This document shows positions 51,601-61,422 of a stretch of DNA of 64,000 nucleotides, piece by piece. The position numbers were made by a program, and so were the translations under genes. Under the pieces are notes generated by a model. The model saw only the letters and a list, made by a program, of their open reading frames with translations, was not told where the DNA came from and ran no database searches. Each line of letters opens with the position of its first letter. Position 1 is the stretch's first letter. The stretch lies in assembly GCF_002571385.2 (NCBI RefSeq), contig NW_019217904.1:1-64000 (forward strand), written 5' to 3'. The DNA comes from Stylophora pistillata (Eukaryota).

Positions 51601-54600
51601 GAGTTTCTCTTTTATACCTGTGATGTATTTGGATTTTTTTCACCGTGTTTACATCGCGTTATCTGAACACGAAGGGGCAGCGAGAATTCGCGATGGTTCT
51701 ACACATCTTTGATTGCGTCTTGGATTTGCGTATCTTTCAAGGATTGTCTCTTACCCCGAGTGTTCGAATGACGCTGTCATATTACGCAAAAGGTGCTCTT
51801 TTGCCTTATGAATTGCGTCTAGAAAAATGCGCGTGAAATTAAAACTTTATGACTGTGATTACGCACTCCCATCTAAACAGCGCGCCTATTGTCTTCCATG
51901 TCTGATAGAAAACCTTGGGTCTTTGAGTTCTTGTTGTGCACATTTGTTACACATATGATTGGTGTTGTTTATCCCCTCAGGCGGCCTCGACATTGTGTGT
52001 AACGCTATCATGGCAGGACGAACAGCATCCTTGGACGGTTCGTCGCATGGTCTTCTCTATGTCATGCAAGAACTCAACAGCAAACCCAACAGGAGGGAAC
52101 CGAGAGGGCTCTTAACATCCCCAGGAGAAGGAGAACTGGCCAAGCGAATGTTCAACTTTGCACCTTACGGTAAGAGTCTTTGTCAGTCTTCACGGGTTTT
52201 GTTTCCCTTGACATAGAAGAATTCCTAGTGGAGTGTCTAAAGTTTTCGCGTTTTGCATTTGTTAGCATAACTGAGTTGTATATATATAACAGCTTTATTG
52301 TAATCGTAATCGTAATTCACATTATATTACATTACATTACATTACAATTGGGTTATAGAGGGAGGAACTTAATCCCCATATTAACTATACCCCATATTAT
52401 AATTATAATAAATTACATATATCTATACAAATACTTTAACAATACATGCATGCGTAAGAATTTTAAAAATATGCTATAAATATATAAATCATTTAAAATA
52501 GACTTTTTTTCGATGCTTTTTTAAAGCTATTTACAGATTTCATGATCTACGACAGATGATGGTAGCTTATTCCAACAATCAATATATCTGTTCCAGAAAG
52601 AATATCTAGATTTTCTATTACTGAAAGACATAGTATCATTAATGTTTCCAGCAGAATATCCCTTTATAAACTTGAAAAGCTGGACTAAGCCTAGGAATTC
52701 TCTACGATGAGCAAGTGTGGGAAGACTGAAGGATTTTAGACGATCTTCGTAGGAAGTGTCTTTGCCAGCGATCCATCTTGTAATATTTCTTTGAACCCGG
52801 TCAAGTTTATCGATCAAGTATATTTGGTGGGGGTTCCACACTTGACAAGCATACTCAAGTATTGGTCTAATCATAACTTTGTAGCCCTTGAGTAAAGCCT
52901 CATGGTGTGACCCAAGGGTTCGTTTGAGTAAACCCAGCAATCCAGTGTTTGATCCTGCCACAATAGAGAGAATGTGAGGTTTCCATGATAAATCGTCAGA
53001 AAGAATTACTCCAAGATCCTTATGAGTAGATACTTGATCAATAGATTTATTGTCAATGGAGTAGTTGTATTGTGCACGATTTCTAGCTCTGAGTGTTGTG
53101 ATTGGTTAAGAAAACTAGCACCTTCCTCTTAACCAATCATATACAGTGCTGAAACCAAAAATTGGAACTCTGTCTAGTTTAAAAATGCTGAAAAAATGGA
53201 ATCTACGATGGACACTATGTGCTAAATTATACTACATCGCATTGCGGACGTATTTTCCTGTCTCTCTTGCAGCTAGCATTCACTGTACGTCCTCTTCAAA
53301 ACATCCTCCTGACGCGCTGCTAAAAGTCACAGCACAGCATCGTCGCGTCCGCTCACCAGCGTGGTCTTATCGTTTTCCCGTCAACGAGGAATGGTGTGAG
53401 TTGGTTGTTAGTCTGCCTTCAGCCATCTTGTTACATGAAGTACACATTCAACCTCATTCTTCAGGACTCTCAAGTAAGTGTCTTCGTGTTTCTATCTGTC
53501 TTTGTTTCCCTGAATAGATTTCTCCGTAAAATGGTGGCTAAACATTGAAACCAGTCAGTCTAAAACTACACAGTACATCCACTTTCATACCGACTGAAGC
53601 ACCCTTTAACTGGTAATCTGAATAAATTTTCAATTTGCTTTACCTTTTAATTTCCATTTTGGCTCTTTTTGTTTCATTTTTGCGTTTTACTTTTTTTATG
53701 ACAACTTTATTGCAATTCAGTGTCTATCAAATCTTTGATAGATCTCAGAATAAGATTTTTCGTGGTTTGTTATTCCATCAGCTAGCCCATCACATGTGGC
53801 ACTGGATGTGAGTAGTGACTGTCAAGTCCTTGTACCTGTCTGTGGACCTGTCCTTACCACTGGAATCACCACAATCAAACTTAGACTTCAGCAGCCTGTT
53901 GTTGCACAGGTATGATATTCTTATTGCGGTCGGTTCTTTGCATTTACTATAACTTTCATTTAGATAAAGGAACGACATATCGTTTGTCTCACGATTTGGA
54001 GTCCGGCTATCAAAACGTTAGTAACAGCAAACCAAGGTGATATGAAAGGCGACCCGAAAACTTTCGACCTCGTTGCCTGACAAAGACTAGCAGTATAGTT
54101 GTCGAAACGTCGCGATCAATACAGTTGAAAGCCTGATTCTTCATCGTGACACAGACACTTCAACGTTCATTTATCTAAACCACGATGAACAATAACATTT
54201 TCTAAACTTACTTGCTAAGAAGTTTTAGTTGATCAATTTAGCGGGCCGTGCAATAGAGTCTGGCTCGCTGAATTAACCAGTGCAAGTTGTAGCGAACGTC
54301 TTTGCAGAGAACTGTACGCGTTTTCACTAGTGCGGATGATCACAGAAAGTCTTGTTTTCATCCCGGCGACTGATTACAGCGACAAAATTGTGTTGGACAG
54401 GCAAAGATTTTCGAAAGACTCACCACCTCACACCAGGTAAATTGTCGCATGGGCTTCATTCCGTTAAGTGTCAAAGCTACTTCCTAATCAGCGGAGGGCT
54501 CGACAGTAACGGTACCCAACTAGCCACAGACTAGTAGAAATTCAGTTTTGGCAAGAGGTTTTCGATTTCTACCAGCCAGTTTCGCTAGTAAACAGACTGA

Positions 54601-57600
54601 AATTGCTGTAATATCTGAGTGGTCACTATTCAGGCATGATGCTGTTAACTGCAGCTCATCTGCGAGGATTGTTTCTCGAAAAGAGTGTCGGGATACCATT
54701 TTCAAGTTGATTGTCGAAGTAATCCGGGATTTGTTGGCGTTGCTTTATGAATCTCTCTGATTGGTCAAGCACACTTGAGCCTTCCTTTGGATCAATCAGT
54801 AATTATGTATAATTAAAACTGGCATTTTTTCCGCGCTTTACGAATTTTTTTTCATTTTACTGTGTCGTCAGTGACTTCTTTTTATACTTCCCATTTTCTT
54901 CGACTCGCAGTTAAACAGAAAGTAAACTTCTATGGCCTAGCCTTGTGAGGCAATGTTTGACTTTCAGTTGCAAAGTATTTTTCACTCCTATGTTTTTCAG
55001 TATGTCCATATTCATTGTCACCGTCCACGTGACTCCCGTGTAGTAGGACTGTCTCAGATCAAGATCATGGGAGCATCATTACATGGAGTTGAAAGTGGAA
55101 ACGCTCAGGAGCTCCACAATTTAAAGGGCCAATCAGCTAGGTAATCGGCTGTGACACTTAAATATTTAGTGGAGGCGGATTAGTATTCACGGTGTGGTTC
55201 AATTTAAGCTGTATTTCGAAGTTCAATTTTCTCATGTTTTGGGTTAGAAAAACGGAATACGATTTCAATTGAACAAGAAATATGTTTGAAGCATTAATAA
55301 GCCCGAAATGTGTGTTTGGTAATTGAAAACCTTTTGACGTTTTAAACCAATTTTCCTTCAGAGGGTAATTACGGGAATAGCTCACCTAACTCAGTTTGAA
55401 TGTAACTCAGTTTGAATTCTGTGTTCAAAATGTCAACTGGTCTTATATAGCCAAGTAACAAATCCTATTTGTGAAAGAAAAGCTTAGTCTTTTCTAATTA
55501 TTTACTCAGAAATAGTGCTTTTTTAACACCGAGAAGATAACGAGAACCACAAACGTGTATTTATTTTTTAATTTCGCCAAACAACAGCAATAAAAATAAA
55601 TAAATTTTAAAAAAAATGACAATCGATGACAAAAAAAAAAAAATGGCAGGGACACCGCAAAAGCGTAGCCAGCAACAGCGGGCCCAAAAATATAAGCGTA
55701 CTTTGAACAAGAGGGAGTCAAGCAGCTGTGACATATCATTTATTCAGGCCATCCCCCCCCCTCCTTCTCCTACAACGAATTTCTCTAATCGCACCAAAAG
55801 GATTGAAAACAATTATGACTCTAAAAACCCATTGTTGCTAAAATGACTGCTGGACTTATGGAACTAAAATAGCACCTTCTATATTTATTTACATTAATAA
55901 CCTACTGTAAACTATTCATACTTTAATTTGCTTTATTTGCTTCGTTGTTACTCATAATGATATACTTGTTTGAATCATTTTCACTTTTCTAAATTAACAA
56001 TATTGNAATCTCCTTGTAATTTTTATTTCCAACGTCCTTGATATAATTTAAAATTGTCTGCAACCACCCGACTCGATTAGCTTTGATACATTCGGGTGGG
56101 TATTTCTTTCATTTTTTCAATATTTTTTTATTTCTTCTTAAATAGATATAAAGGATCATTTCGAAGCGATGAAATTATATATGACAATTACTCATCTTCT
56201 GTTTATTTTGTTCATAGTCTCGGCTGGGTACAGTTACTTGGCCAGTGCCTCTCACAAGGACCTGATTTTTATCTGGAGGCAAATGAACCTTCTACATTAC
56301 TCTCGAATGTGTTTAGCACCTGTATCGCTCTGCTACTATCACCACAAAGGTTTTAACTGTCTTCCATTTTTTAACAATGTGCCTCCCCTAGCAGCTAAGT
56401 CGCATGTTAAGGCTACAGTTGCACCGTAGGCTTGGAAAAAATATATGCGTCATTGTCCAAGCGTATAGTCAAGGTGGCTAGATAGTATAATTGCCGAGTT
56501 CTTTTTTGCCTTTTCATGGACCGAGACGAAGTCGAGGTCTTTAAAAACACGAAAAAAAGAAAAAGGATAATATCCAGCGATCTTGACCGAACAACCTTTG
56601 TCAAAAATTGATTTATCATATAACAAAAAGATTTCCCTCTCATAATATTCAGGAATGACTTATTTATTTCGAGAGTAGGGAAAGAGAGCCATCATGGGTA
56701 TACCCACAGGCGTTGTCGGCCATATAATAATAGAATTTGTTACGTCGCTCGCAGCGCACGTGGGGCAAGATGAAGCGAATCCTGTGTTCTGATTGGCTAT
56801 CCAAGCGGGCAAGATGCCCGTATTGATCCCGCTCATAAAAAAAAAAACAAAAAATAGAAATAGAACTACATTTGTGATTCTTGGACAATTTCGGCGATGG
56901 AAACGCAAAAAGTGGCAGAAGATTTTCAAACAGTTGGCTTTCTTTCCAGGATCTCAAAGTAAACAAGTCATTCCTAATTCTTATTACAGCGAAATCTTTT
57001 TGCGATATAATAAGTCCTTTATTAACCAAGCGCGAGGTCAAGATGGCTGGATTTTGGCTGAGTTCGTTTACCGCGTTTTTATGGACCTCGACTTCGTTTC
57101 GGTCCATAAAAATGCAATAAAAGAACTCGGCCAAAATGCACCCATCTTGACCTCGCGTTTGGTTAATAACCCAGAGAAATTTTCAGTTGAGTGCCGAAAG
57201 TAAACCAGGATTGGACTGGTTTTACTTTCTTTCGCTTTGTGATTGATTCAGAAATCTGGTGCCACCCTCTTAACCATCAGACAGTTTTCTTGTTTCTGCG
57301 TTGATTTTTTATTGGCTCCTTCGGATGGTTTCCGTAGTCTCTGTAATTAAACAAAGATGTGGTTACGTCTGGAAGATGGTTGGTATGGAAATGAAACATC
57401 AGTGTGTATCCACCCTTATTACTTCCGTCGACCTGCTATGAATGACAGGGAATTTTGATATTATGAAGAACGCGAGCAGTGAAATGATATATTAATAAAA
57501 CGTTTTTTTATCAGACTCGAGATAATTTTTTCAGTTGTTGCATACATATTAATTTGCAATTTAATTTAATTGTGAAGTGGCACTGATGACTTATTTCCTT

Positions 57601-60600
57601 TTTTAGTGCTGGTCACTCTACTTGTTTAGAACTGGTCCTCATGAAGTTGTCCAAGCAGTTTCCAGAACTCGGCACCATGTTAATGAAACAACTTTTAAAA
57701 TGCCCGAGTGAGAAGGGAAGAAAGAGAGGACCGCTGGTAAACGTAGCCACAGTGGAACTTGTATACCAGTTGGGAAAGAAACAGGACTCTTCATACGAAG
57801 ACAGGTATGGCGAGCGGAATGGTGATTGGGTAAAACTAACGCTTTATTATATTTTAATTGAAGCTTGTTTGGATCGAGGGTCGCCGGTAGAACTAAAACC
57901 AAAGGTGTAACAGTGGCCATTTAAAGAAGAAAGAGAAAAGCAAAGGAAAATCTCTCTCAAACTTTCAAGGAAACCAGTGCATTGCTGCATGAAATGGGGC
58001 GAGCGGCCTGTTCAGGAGTAGTGGCAATGCATCTATGTGCGTCATGAGACAAAAACGGAAGTAAACCTCACTCTTCGTGTGATCCACTAAGCCCTTGTAC
58101 GACATTACGCAAGGAACTGTCGCGAAAGTTAAAAAAGATAGTCTAAGTATACGTTACGTCAAACCTTTGTGCGTTTATGTCCGTCTCTCCAATCAAAAAG
58201 TAGCCATTTGGATCAGTAGCGAATAGTGTGGCTACATTTTCTGATGCAGAACCATTATGCAGCATCACAGTGAACGGTGAAGCAGTTTCTTTCCGAATAA
58301 TATCGTGTATTGATCACTAAGTTCTTGTCTTACTTCGGCAGATTGTCAGTGATATCGTCCTGGTTACGGTCCGTCTGTGACTCGTCCACCTCATTGCACA
58401 GGGCACCTGGGCATATTCAGTCTGTAGCTGCTGTCATCTGGAATGCAAAGGAAACTAACTCGGAGTCAGTAGTGAGACGACACTTTTCGGAAGAGCTCTT
58501 CAGGTGTGTTTCAGTTGGACCTGGGTGATTACCGTCATTTTAAAGTTAACTTGTACCTTTTTTATTTGGTACAAGACGACCACTTACTTTTGAGGGCTCT
58601 CTACTGTAACTGTCATTAAATCCTTGTAAAGTGTTGACTACTTGTTCTTATAGTTTTTGCGTCAGTCAGTGTTACACTGGGGCCAAACTTTGCTTGTACT
58701 GTCATATTTTTTCAGATAACACCCCACCGTGTCTCTGTAATTAATTGTGTGGTTGTAAACCTGTTTTCAAAGGGAGAGGTTTGGGTTTGGCTGACAACGC
58801 CACAAACAAGCAAGCCACATATTATCTATTGTATTTATGTGTGTCCTTTGTTTAAGAATAGCAACACAGTAAAACATTAGAGGAACTACTCGAAATTGCT
58901 CGTTTCTAATCCGTATCTAGTTTCGTACTTCTCTAAAATCTTCGTATGGGCTTTGTCTTCCCAGCAGTTGAGGTGTTTTGGGCCTCTTTTCCGTCTAACG
59001 GAAGTGTGCAACACGTAAATGATGATGTAATTATTGTGTCAAATCCGCTTTTAACTCGGAGAAATTAATGAGTCAGGTGCGTAAGCTACATTGCGTAACC
59101 CAGAATACTGCGTTTTTATCCTTTGTTGCGTTCTCATTTGGCATACCTGCATCTTTAATTTTCAGATCTCTCCATGAGTGTTCTCAAACTTCCTCTAATG
59201 AAGATTCCCTGAAACGAAGTATTGATCACCTCATTGGTGCTCTAACGTACATTTGTCCAGCCTATTATGAAGTGCTTCTAGAACTGACTGGAGTCAAGGA
59301 ACTTCTCAACGAACGTAACAAAAAAAGTGGCGAAACTGGTGGTGCGTTGTCAAGACTTCTAGCAGCTCCGTCACGTCTCGCAACACTGGCTACAGCCAGC
59401 CAATCATATGTCACTAGTCAACTATTGTTAAATTCTGGGTTACTTGAAATGATGGCTGGAGGTATTGTGGACTTCTGTCAAGCATTTGGGAATTCCCAAG
59501 GTTTGGACAAACATCCAGCTGTGGGGGATCCACCACCGAAGACAAACCTGTCTATCGACCTTCTTCCAAACCTTTTAGACTTTTTAACTTGTTGTTCCCA
59601 GGAGCCAACCATTAAGGACTGGATGGGTGAAACAGGATACCAGTTGTGGTTTTTACTTCTTTCACAGCTTTGCAGAGGACGAGATGTCCAGAGTAACTCA
59701 CCTTTTGGCTCACCAGGCGTAGTTTCTTCCATCCCCAGCCACGCCAAGTTTGCAATGGAAACTTCAACGGTGGATCTTTTATGCAACTGTGTTCATTTTC
59801 ATCTCAGAAATCAAGAAAAGATGGCGAGTCTCTTGGTTGAAACCATTGGCGGAAAGAACTCTATAAATGGATCAAGTCTTGACAAGGAAACCAAGGTGAA
59901 CACACAGGTCAACGGCTTCTTACGACAGTTGATCTTACAAATGTTACTTGAAGAAGAGACAGTTCTTATCTGTGTGCACGTTGAGAATGATTTGAATTTA
60001 CAAACAATGCGAGGATTTGATTTCTTTCACAAAGATGGTTGGCATCCTCGCTTCGGAGCAGGACACTCATTTCCGTTATTTTCTGCTAAATTCTCCACGA
60101 CTCTTAACGAACTTAGTGAACAGATTCTTCGTCCTAAAGTAAACAAACCGGTCGAGACAACGTTGGAGGAAAGGTTCCCCAAACCCGCTGCAGTGGAGGG
60201 AATGGCCGAACCTGGCGAGTTTAGCCAGTACGAAGGGTTTGAATTTCTTGAGTCTGTTAGTCTTGCAGCGGGCCTGAACGTGAAAAGTAAAAGAGCTGAA
60301 AAAAGTGAAGTGTCAACAGCAAAGGAAAATAATCCAGATAATGGACAGAGTCACAATCAAAGAAAAAGCGTTTCGTGTTCATTCTATCACGATATACTTG
60401 GCAACATGCGTTTACCACAGTCTTGGACATTGGCTCAGTTGCTGCAGCATCTAATGAACAAAGGACTACCTTGTGGTACGTCTTACCTTGAGGTAACGTG
60501 TAAGACTCAGGATGGAAAGACGGAGGATAATTCTACTAATTCTGTGCCATTGCTCACCCCGTTGGATGTGTTTGCCAAACAGGATGGCTTAGTACACTTA

Positions 60601-60895
60601 TCAATGCATCTCCCGTGCCATGTTATAACATCTTCCTCGGTGGCTCATGACACCGAAACGGAGGTGGTTGAGGGTGACAGCAGTGATAAACAGGTGCCCT
60701 CCTACCCAACGCAGCTTCCGTTGCCTTTAGTTTCCATACCTGCATCAGTGTTAAGTGCTGTTCCAGCACATACACTTGTAGCGTTTGGTTTATTCATTCG
60801 CCTTCCTGGTTACAATAAAGTTCTGCTTGAAGATCGTCTCAAGGCTTGCTACCTTCTGAGGCTGCTTCTGGGAGCCAAACAGGATGGGAATGGAG
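27479..60895 (+). CDS. BIRC6: Baculoviral IAP repeat-containing protein 6 (Bruce/Apollon), 33 coding exons in window, 3' end beyond window
   Basis: Spliced BIR domain RRKTFSSWPHKEYRWAYPEAMAKAGFYHQPSNRGDDRALCFTCNVCLVCWEPTDEPWSEHERHCPECSFV, plus BIRC6-typical blocks HTRTWKL, RYGLYGSPLDPVLFD, RLHAGARHHVVLDFG, WGGPWASHAL, HRPRD and AFGLFIRLPGY. All splice phases are consistent; total about 11.1 kb CDS. Confidence 0.95.
28910..29091 (+). CDS. BIRC6: BIRC6 exon 2
   Basis: RKDFNGVLLLDSILQ; AG/GT boundaries. Confidence 0.88.
29333..29686. mobile_element. Copy of a TTAA-flanked intronic MITE family (TTAACCC...GGGTTAA type), interrupted by a LINE-tail-like insertion at about 29465-29617
   Basis: Shares AAGGAAATGATCACCAA...ACAGTATGGAGAATATGCATACTGAT with copies near 28550, 33845, 34720, 43505 and 61048 (reverse); the insertion ends in AATAAA(TTG)n. 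Confidence 0.6.
29857..30009 (+). CDS. BIRC6: BIRC6 exon 3
   Basis: ALQLLSAMEL...; phase 0/0. Confidence 0.85.
30545..30905 (-). mobile_element. Short LINE 3' fragment in a BIRC6 intron
   Basis: TNYFKFSFFNCYITDWNSIP...SFKSCL, typical of a LINE RT C-terminus. Confidence 0.6.
31284..31537 (+). CDS. BIRC6: BIRC6 exon 4 (start of BIR domain)
   Basis: WCTSQLKY...RRKTFSSWPHKEY. Confidence 0.9.
32129..32174 (+). CDS. BIRC6: BIRC6 exon 5 (BIR)
   Basis: WAYPEAMAKAGFYHQ; donor GTAAGT. Confidence 0.9.
32419..32501 (+). CDS. BIRC6: BIRC6 exon 6 (BIR)
   Basis: GDDRALCFTCNVCLVCWEPTDEP. Confidence 0.92.
32710..32783 (+). CDS. BIRC6: BIRC6 exon 7 (BIR)
   Basis: SEHERHCPECSFVRGDHTKNVPMS. Confidence 0.92.
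33099..33148 (+). CDS. BIRC6: BIRC6 exon 8
   Basis: VSLATAPA; AG/GTGAGT boundaries. Confidence 0.85.
33659..33748 (+). CDS. BIRC6: BIRC6 exon 9
   Basis: IATCSENGRVIIWDI (WD-like). Confidence 0.85.
34053..34365 (+). CDS. BIRC6: BIRC6 exon 10 (acidic, contains a 24-bp coding repeat)
   Basis: In frame; phase 0/1. Confidence 0.8.
34173..34244 (+). repeat. Coding 24-bp tandem repeat x3 (NEDMEGTN)
   Basis: AATGAAGACATGGAAGGTACCA(A/G)T three times. Confidence 0.92.
35811..37097 (+). CDS. BIRC6: BIRC6 exon 11
   Basis: Long ORF 35792-37177; phase 1/1. Confidence 0.82.
37688..37901 (+). CDS. BIRC6: BIRC6 exon 12 (GC donor)
   Basis: PRFMASVPSSWVEVQQ...HTRTWKL; donor AG|GCAAGT. Confidence 0.85.
37956..38123. 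mobile_element. Hairpin MITE with AT TSD (AGACC...GGTCT)
   Basis: AT|AGACCACTTTCATAAAT...ATTTATGAAAGTGGTCT|AT plus internal inverted arms. Confidence 0.8.
38644..39240 (+). CDS. BIRC6: BIRC6 exon 13
   Basis: EIVLPRYCQVGHVDIRF...VTLTSPEL. Confidence 0.88.
40327..40446 (+). CDS. BIRC6: BIRC6 exon 14
   Basis: GRSIAHKCSRLL. Confidence 0.85.
40772..41032 (+). CDS. BIRC6: BIRC6 exon 15
   Basis: SSGAVHWLFKLL...HLLLRAR. Confidence 0.85.
41510..41760 (+). mobile_element. Degenerate tRNA-derived SINE in a BIRC6 intron
   Basis: GGTTCGATTC box B at about 41560 with an eroded box A upstream; boundaries approximate. Confidence 0.4.
41814..42237 (+). CDS. BIRC6: BIRC6 exon 16
   Basis: YGLYGSPLDPVLFD...GLLEVQPLHFVCCSTSDGAR. 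Confidence 0.9.
42725..43021 (+). CDS. BIRC6: BIRC6 exon 17
   Basis: QHQLQLVSLQQHKQQLE; phase 0/0. Confidence 0.8.
43728..43985 (+). CDS. BIRC6: BIRC6 exon 18
   Basis: RLHAGARHHVVLDFG...PPAVCRYVK; acceptor could alternatively be 43737. Confidence 0.88.
44704..45443 (+). CDS. BIRC6: BIRC6 exon 19
   Basis: LTVVGR...CENLFRNLCVHG...CGSKPWWGEFL...FPQE. Confidence 0.9.
46328..46545 (+). CDS. BIRC6: BIRC6 exon 20
   Basis: DLMLISWLLLLL. Confidence 0.85.
47056..47342 (+). CDS. BIRC6: BIRC6 exon 21
   Basis: SRWDFM; phase 1/0. Confidence 0.82.
47494..47697 (+). CDS. BIRC6: BIRC6 exon 22
   Basis: LSMDSSCSVELFLVACK. Confidence 0.85.
48298..48475 (+). CDS. BIRC6: BIRC6 exon 23
   Basis: WGGPWASHALTTLLQDLL. 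Confidence 0.88.
49022..50000 (+). CDS. BIRC6: BIRC6 exon 24
   Basis: Long ORF, DMRLELCLEMEAE; acceptor inferred from phase. Confidence 0.82.
50440..51209 (+). CDS. BIRC6: BIRC6 exon 25
   Basis: PSSVEDG...LSDPLL; phase 2/1. Confidence 0.85.
51981..52169 (+). CDS. BIRC6: BIRC6 exon 26
   Basis: GLDIVCNAI...FNFAPY. Confidence 0.85.
52300..53090 (-). mobile_element. 5'-truncated LINE RT fragment in a BIRC6 intron
   Basis: ORF 52527-52961 has YKVMIRPILEYACQVWNPHQ...LDRVQR...WNKLP; (TAATG)n-like tail near 52300-52345. Confidence 0.85.
53273..53473 (+). CDS. BIRC6: BIRC6 exon 27
   Basis: HRRVRSPAWSYRF...LPSAILLHEVHIQPH. Confidence 0.9.
53782..53909 (+). CDS. BIRC6: BIRC6 exon 28
   Basis: SPSHVALDVSSD...TTGITTIKL. 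Confidence 0.85.
54072..54116 (+). ncRNA. Degenerate minimal hammerhead-like motif in a BIRC6 intron
   Basis: GTTGC CTGACAA A GACTAGC..AGTTGTC GAAAC GTC GCGAT; stem I pairs, but G8 is mutated to A. Confidence 0.45.
55001..55140 (+). CDS. BIRC6: BIRC6 exon 29
   Basis: HRPRDSRVVGLSQIKIMG. Confidence 0.9.
56218..56349 (+). CDS. BIRC6: BIRC6 exon 30
   Basis: SLGWVQLLGQCL...CIALLLSP. Confidence 0.87.
56440..57172. repeat. Interspersed repeat made of two long hairpins
   Basis: 56440-56620 and 57010-57170 are each self-complementary (CAAGATGGCTGGAT...GGACC..GGTCC...ATCTTGACC). Confidence 0.65.
57607..57804 (+). CDS. BIRC6: BIRC6 exon 31
   Basis: LELVLMKL...TVELVYQLGKKQD. Confidence 0.85.
58342..58503 (+). 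CDS. BIRC6: BIRC6 exon 32
   Basis: HIQSVAAVIW. Confidence 0.85.
59166..60895 (+). CDS. BIRC6: BIRC6 exon 33 (last exon recognised in window)
   Basis: ORF 59068-60918; HPRFGAGH and AHTLVAFGLFIRLPGY; donor AG|GTAGG. Confidence 0.9.
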
Positions 60896-61329
60896 GTAGG
60901 AGTCAGTGTTTTCACTAATCAGTAAGTGTGTCGGTCCTTCCTTGAGTCAGTGAGTCAGTGAGTCAGTAAGTCAGTTGCTCGAATTGTCGGTCGCTCACTC
61001 AGTTACTCATTCGGTCAGTCAGTCAATTCAAAAATCACAAACGTTTTATTAACCCTTTTCACCCTATCATTAGTATGCATGTTCTCCATACTGTTCCCTA
61101 AACAGTTCGAAAAGTGCTGACAAGGATGATTTATTCAACAATCAAGAGTTTCTTTTTTTGGTGATCATATCCTCTATTTCCGAGCCCTTAATGTTTGATT
61201 CAGGGGTGATATCATAAAGAGAAAATGGACGCTTGTCAGTCTAAGTGGTCAAAGGGTTGATATAGACGATGTGATATATGTCAGACCTGAAAACCTCAAA
61301 ATGTGCTCAAGACTAATGAGTGAGGACGT

Positions 61330-61422
61330 CTGTTGAAGTCCTAAATGTAATAAAGTCCTTAATGTTATAAAGTCCTAAATGTAATAACATTTGGCCTAGT
61401 TGTAATAAGCCTCTAATGCAAT
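61330..61422 (+). repeat. Short tandem array (AAGTCCTAAATGTAATA)n, probable transposon subterminal repeats
   Basis: 4-5 degenerate copies of CCTAAATGTAATAA. Confidence 0.55.

Noticed and set aside
40763-59786. Antisense ORFs overlapping BIRC6 exons
   Set aside because: Shadow ORFs of coding exons with no recognisable motifs.
35792-60918. Large plus-strand ORFs as independent genes
   Set aside because: They splice in consistent phase into a single BIRC6 reading frame.
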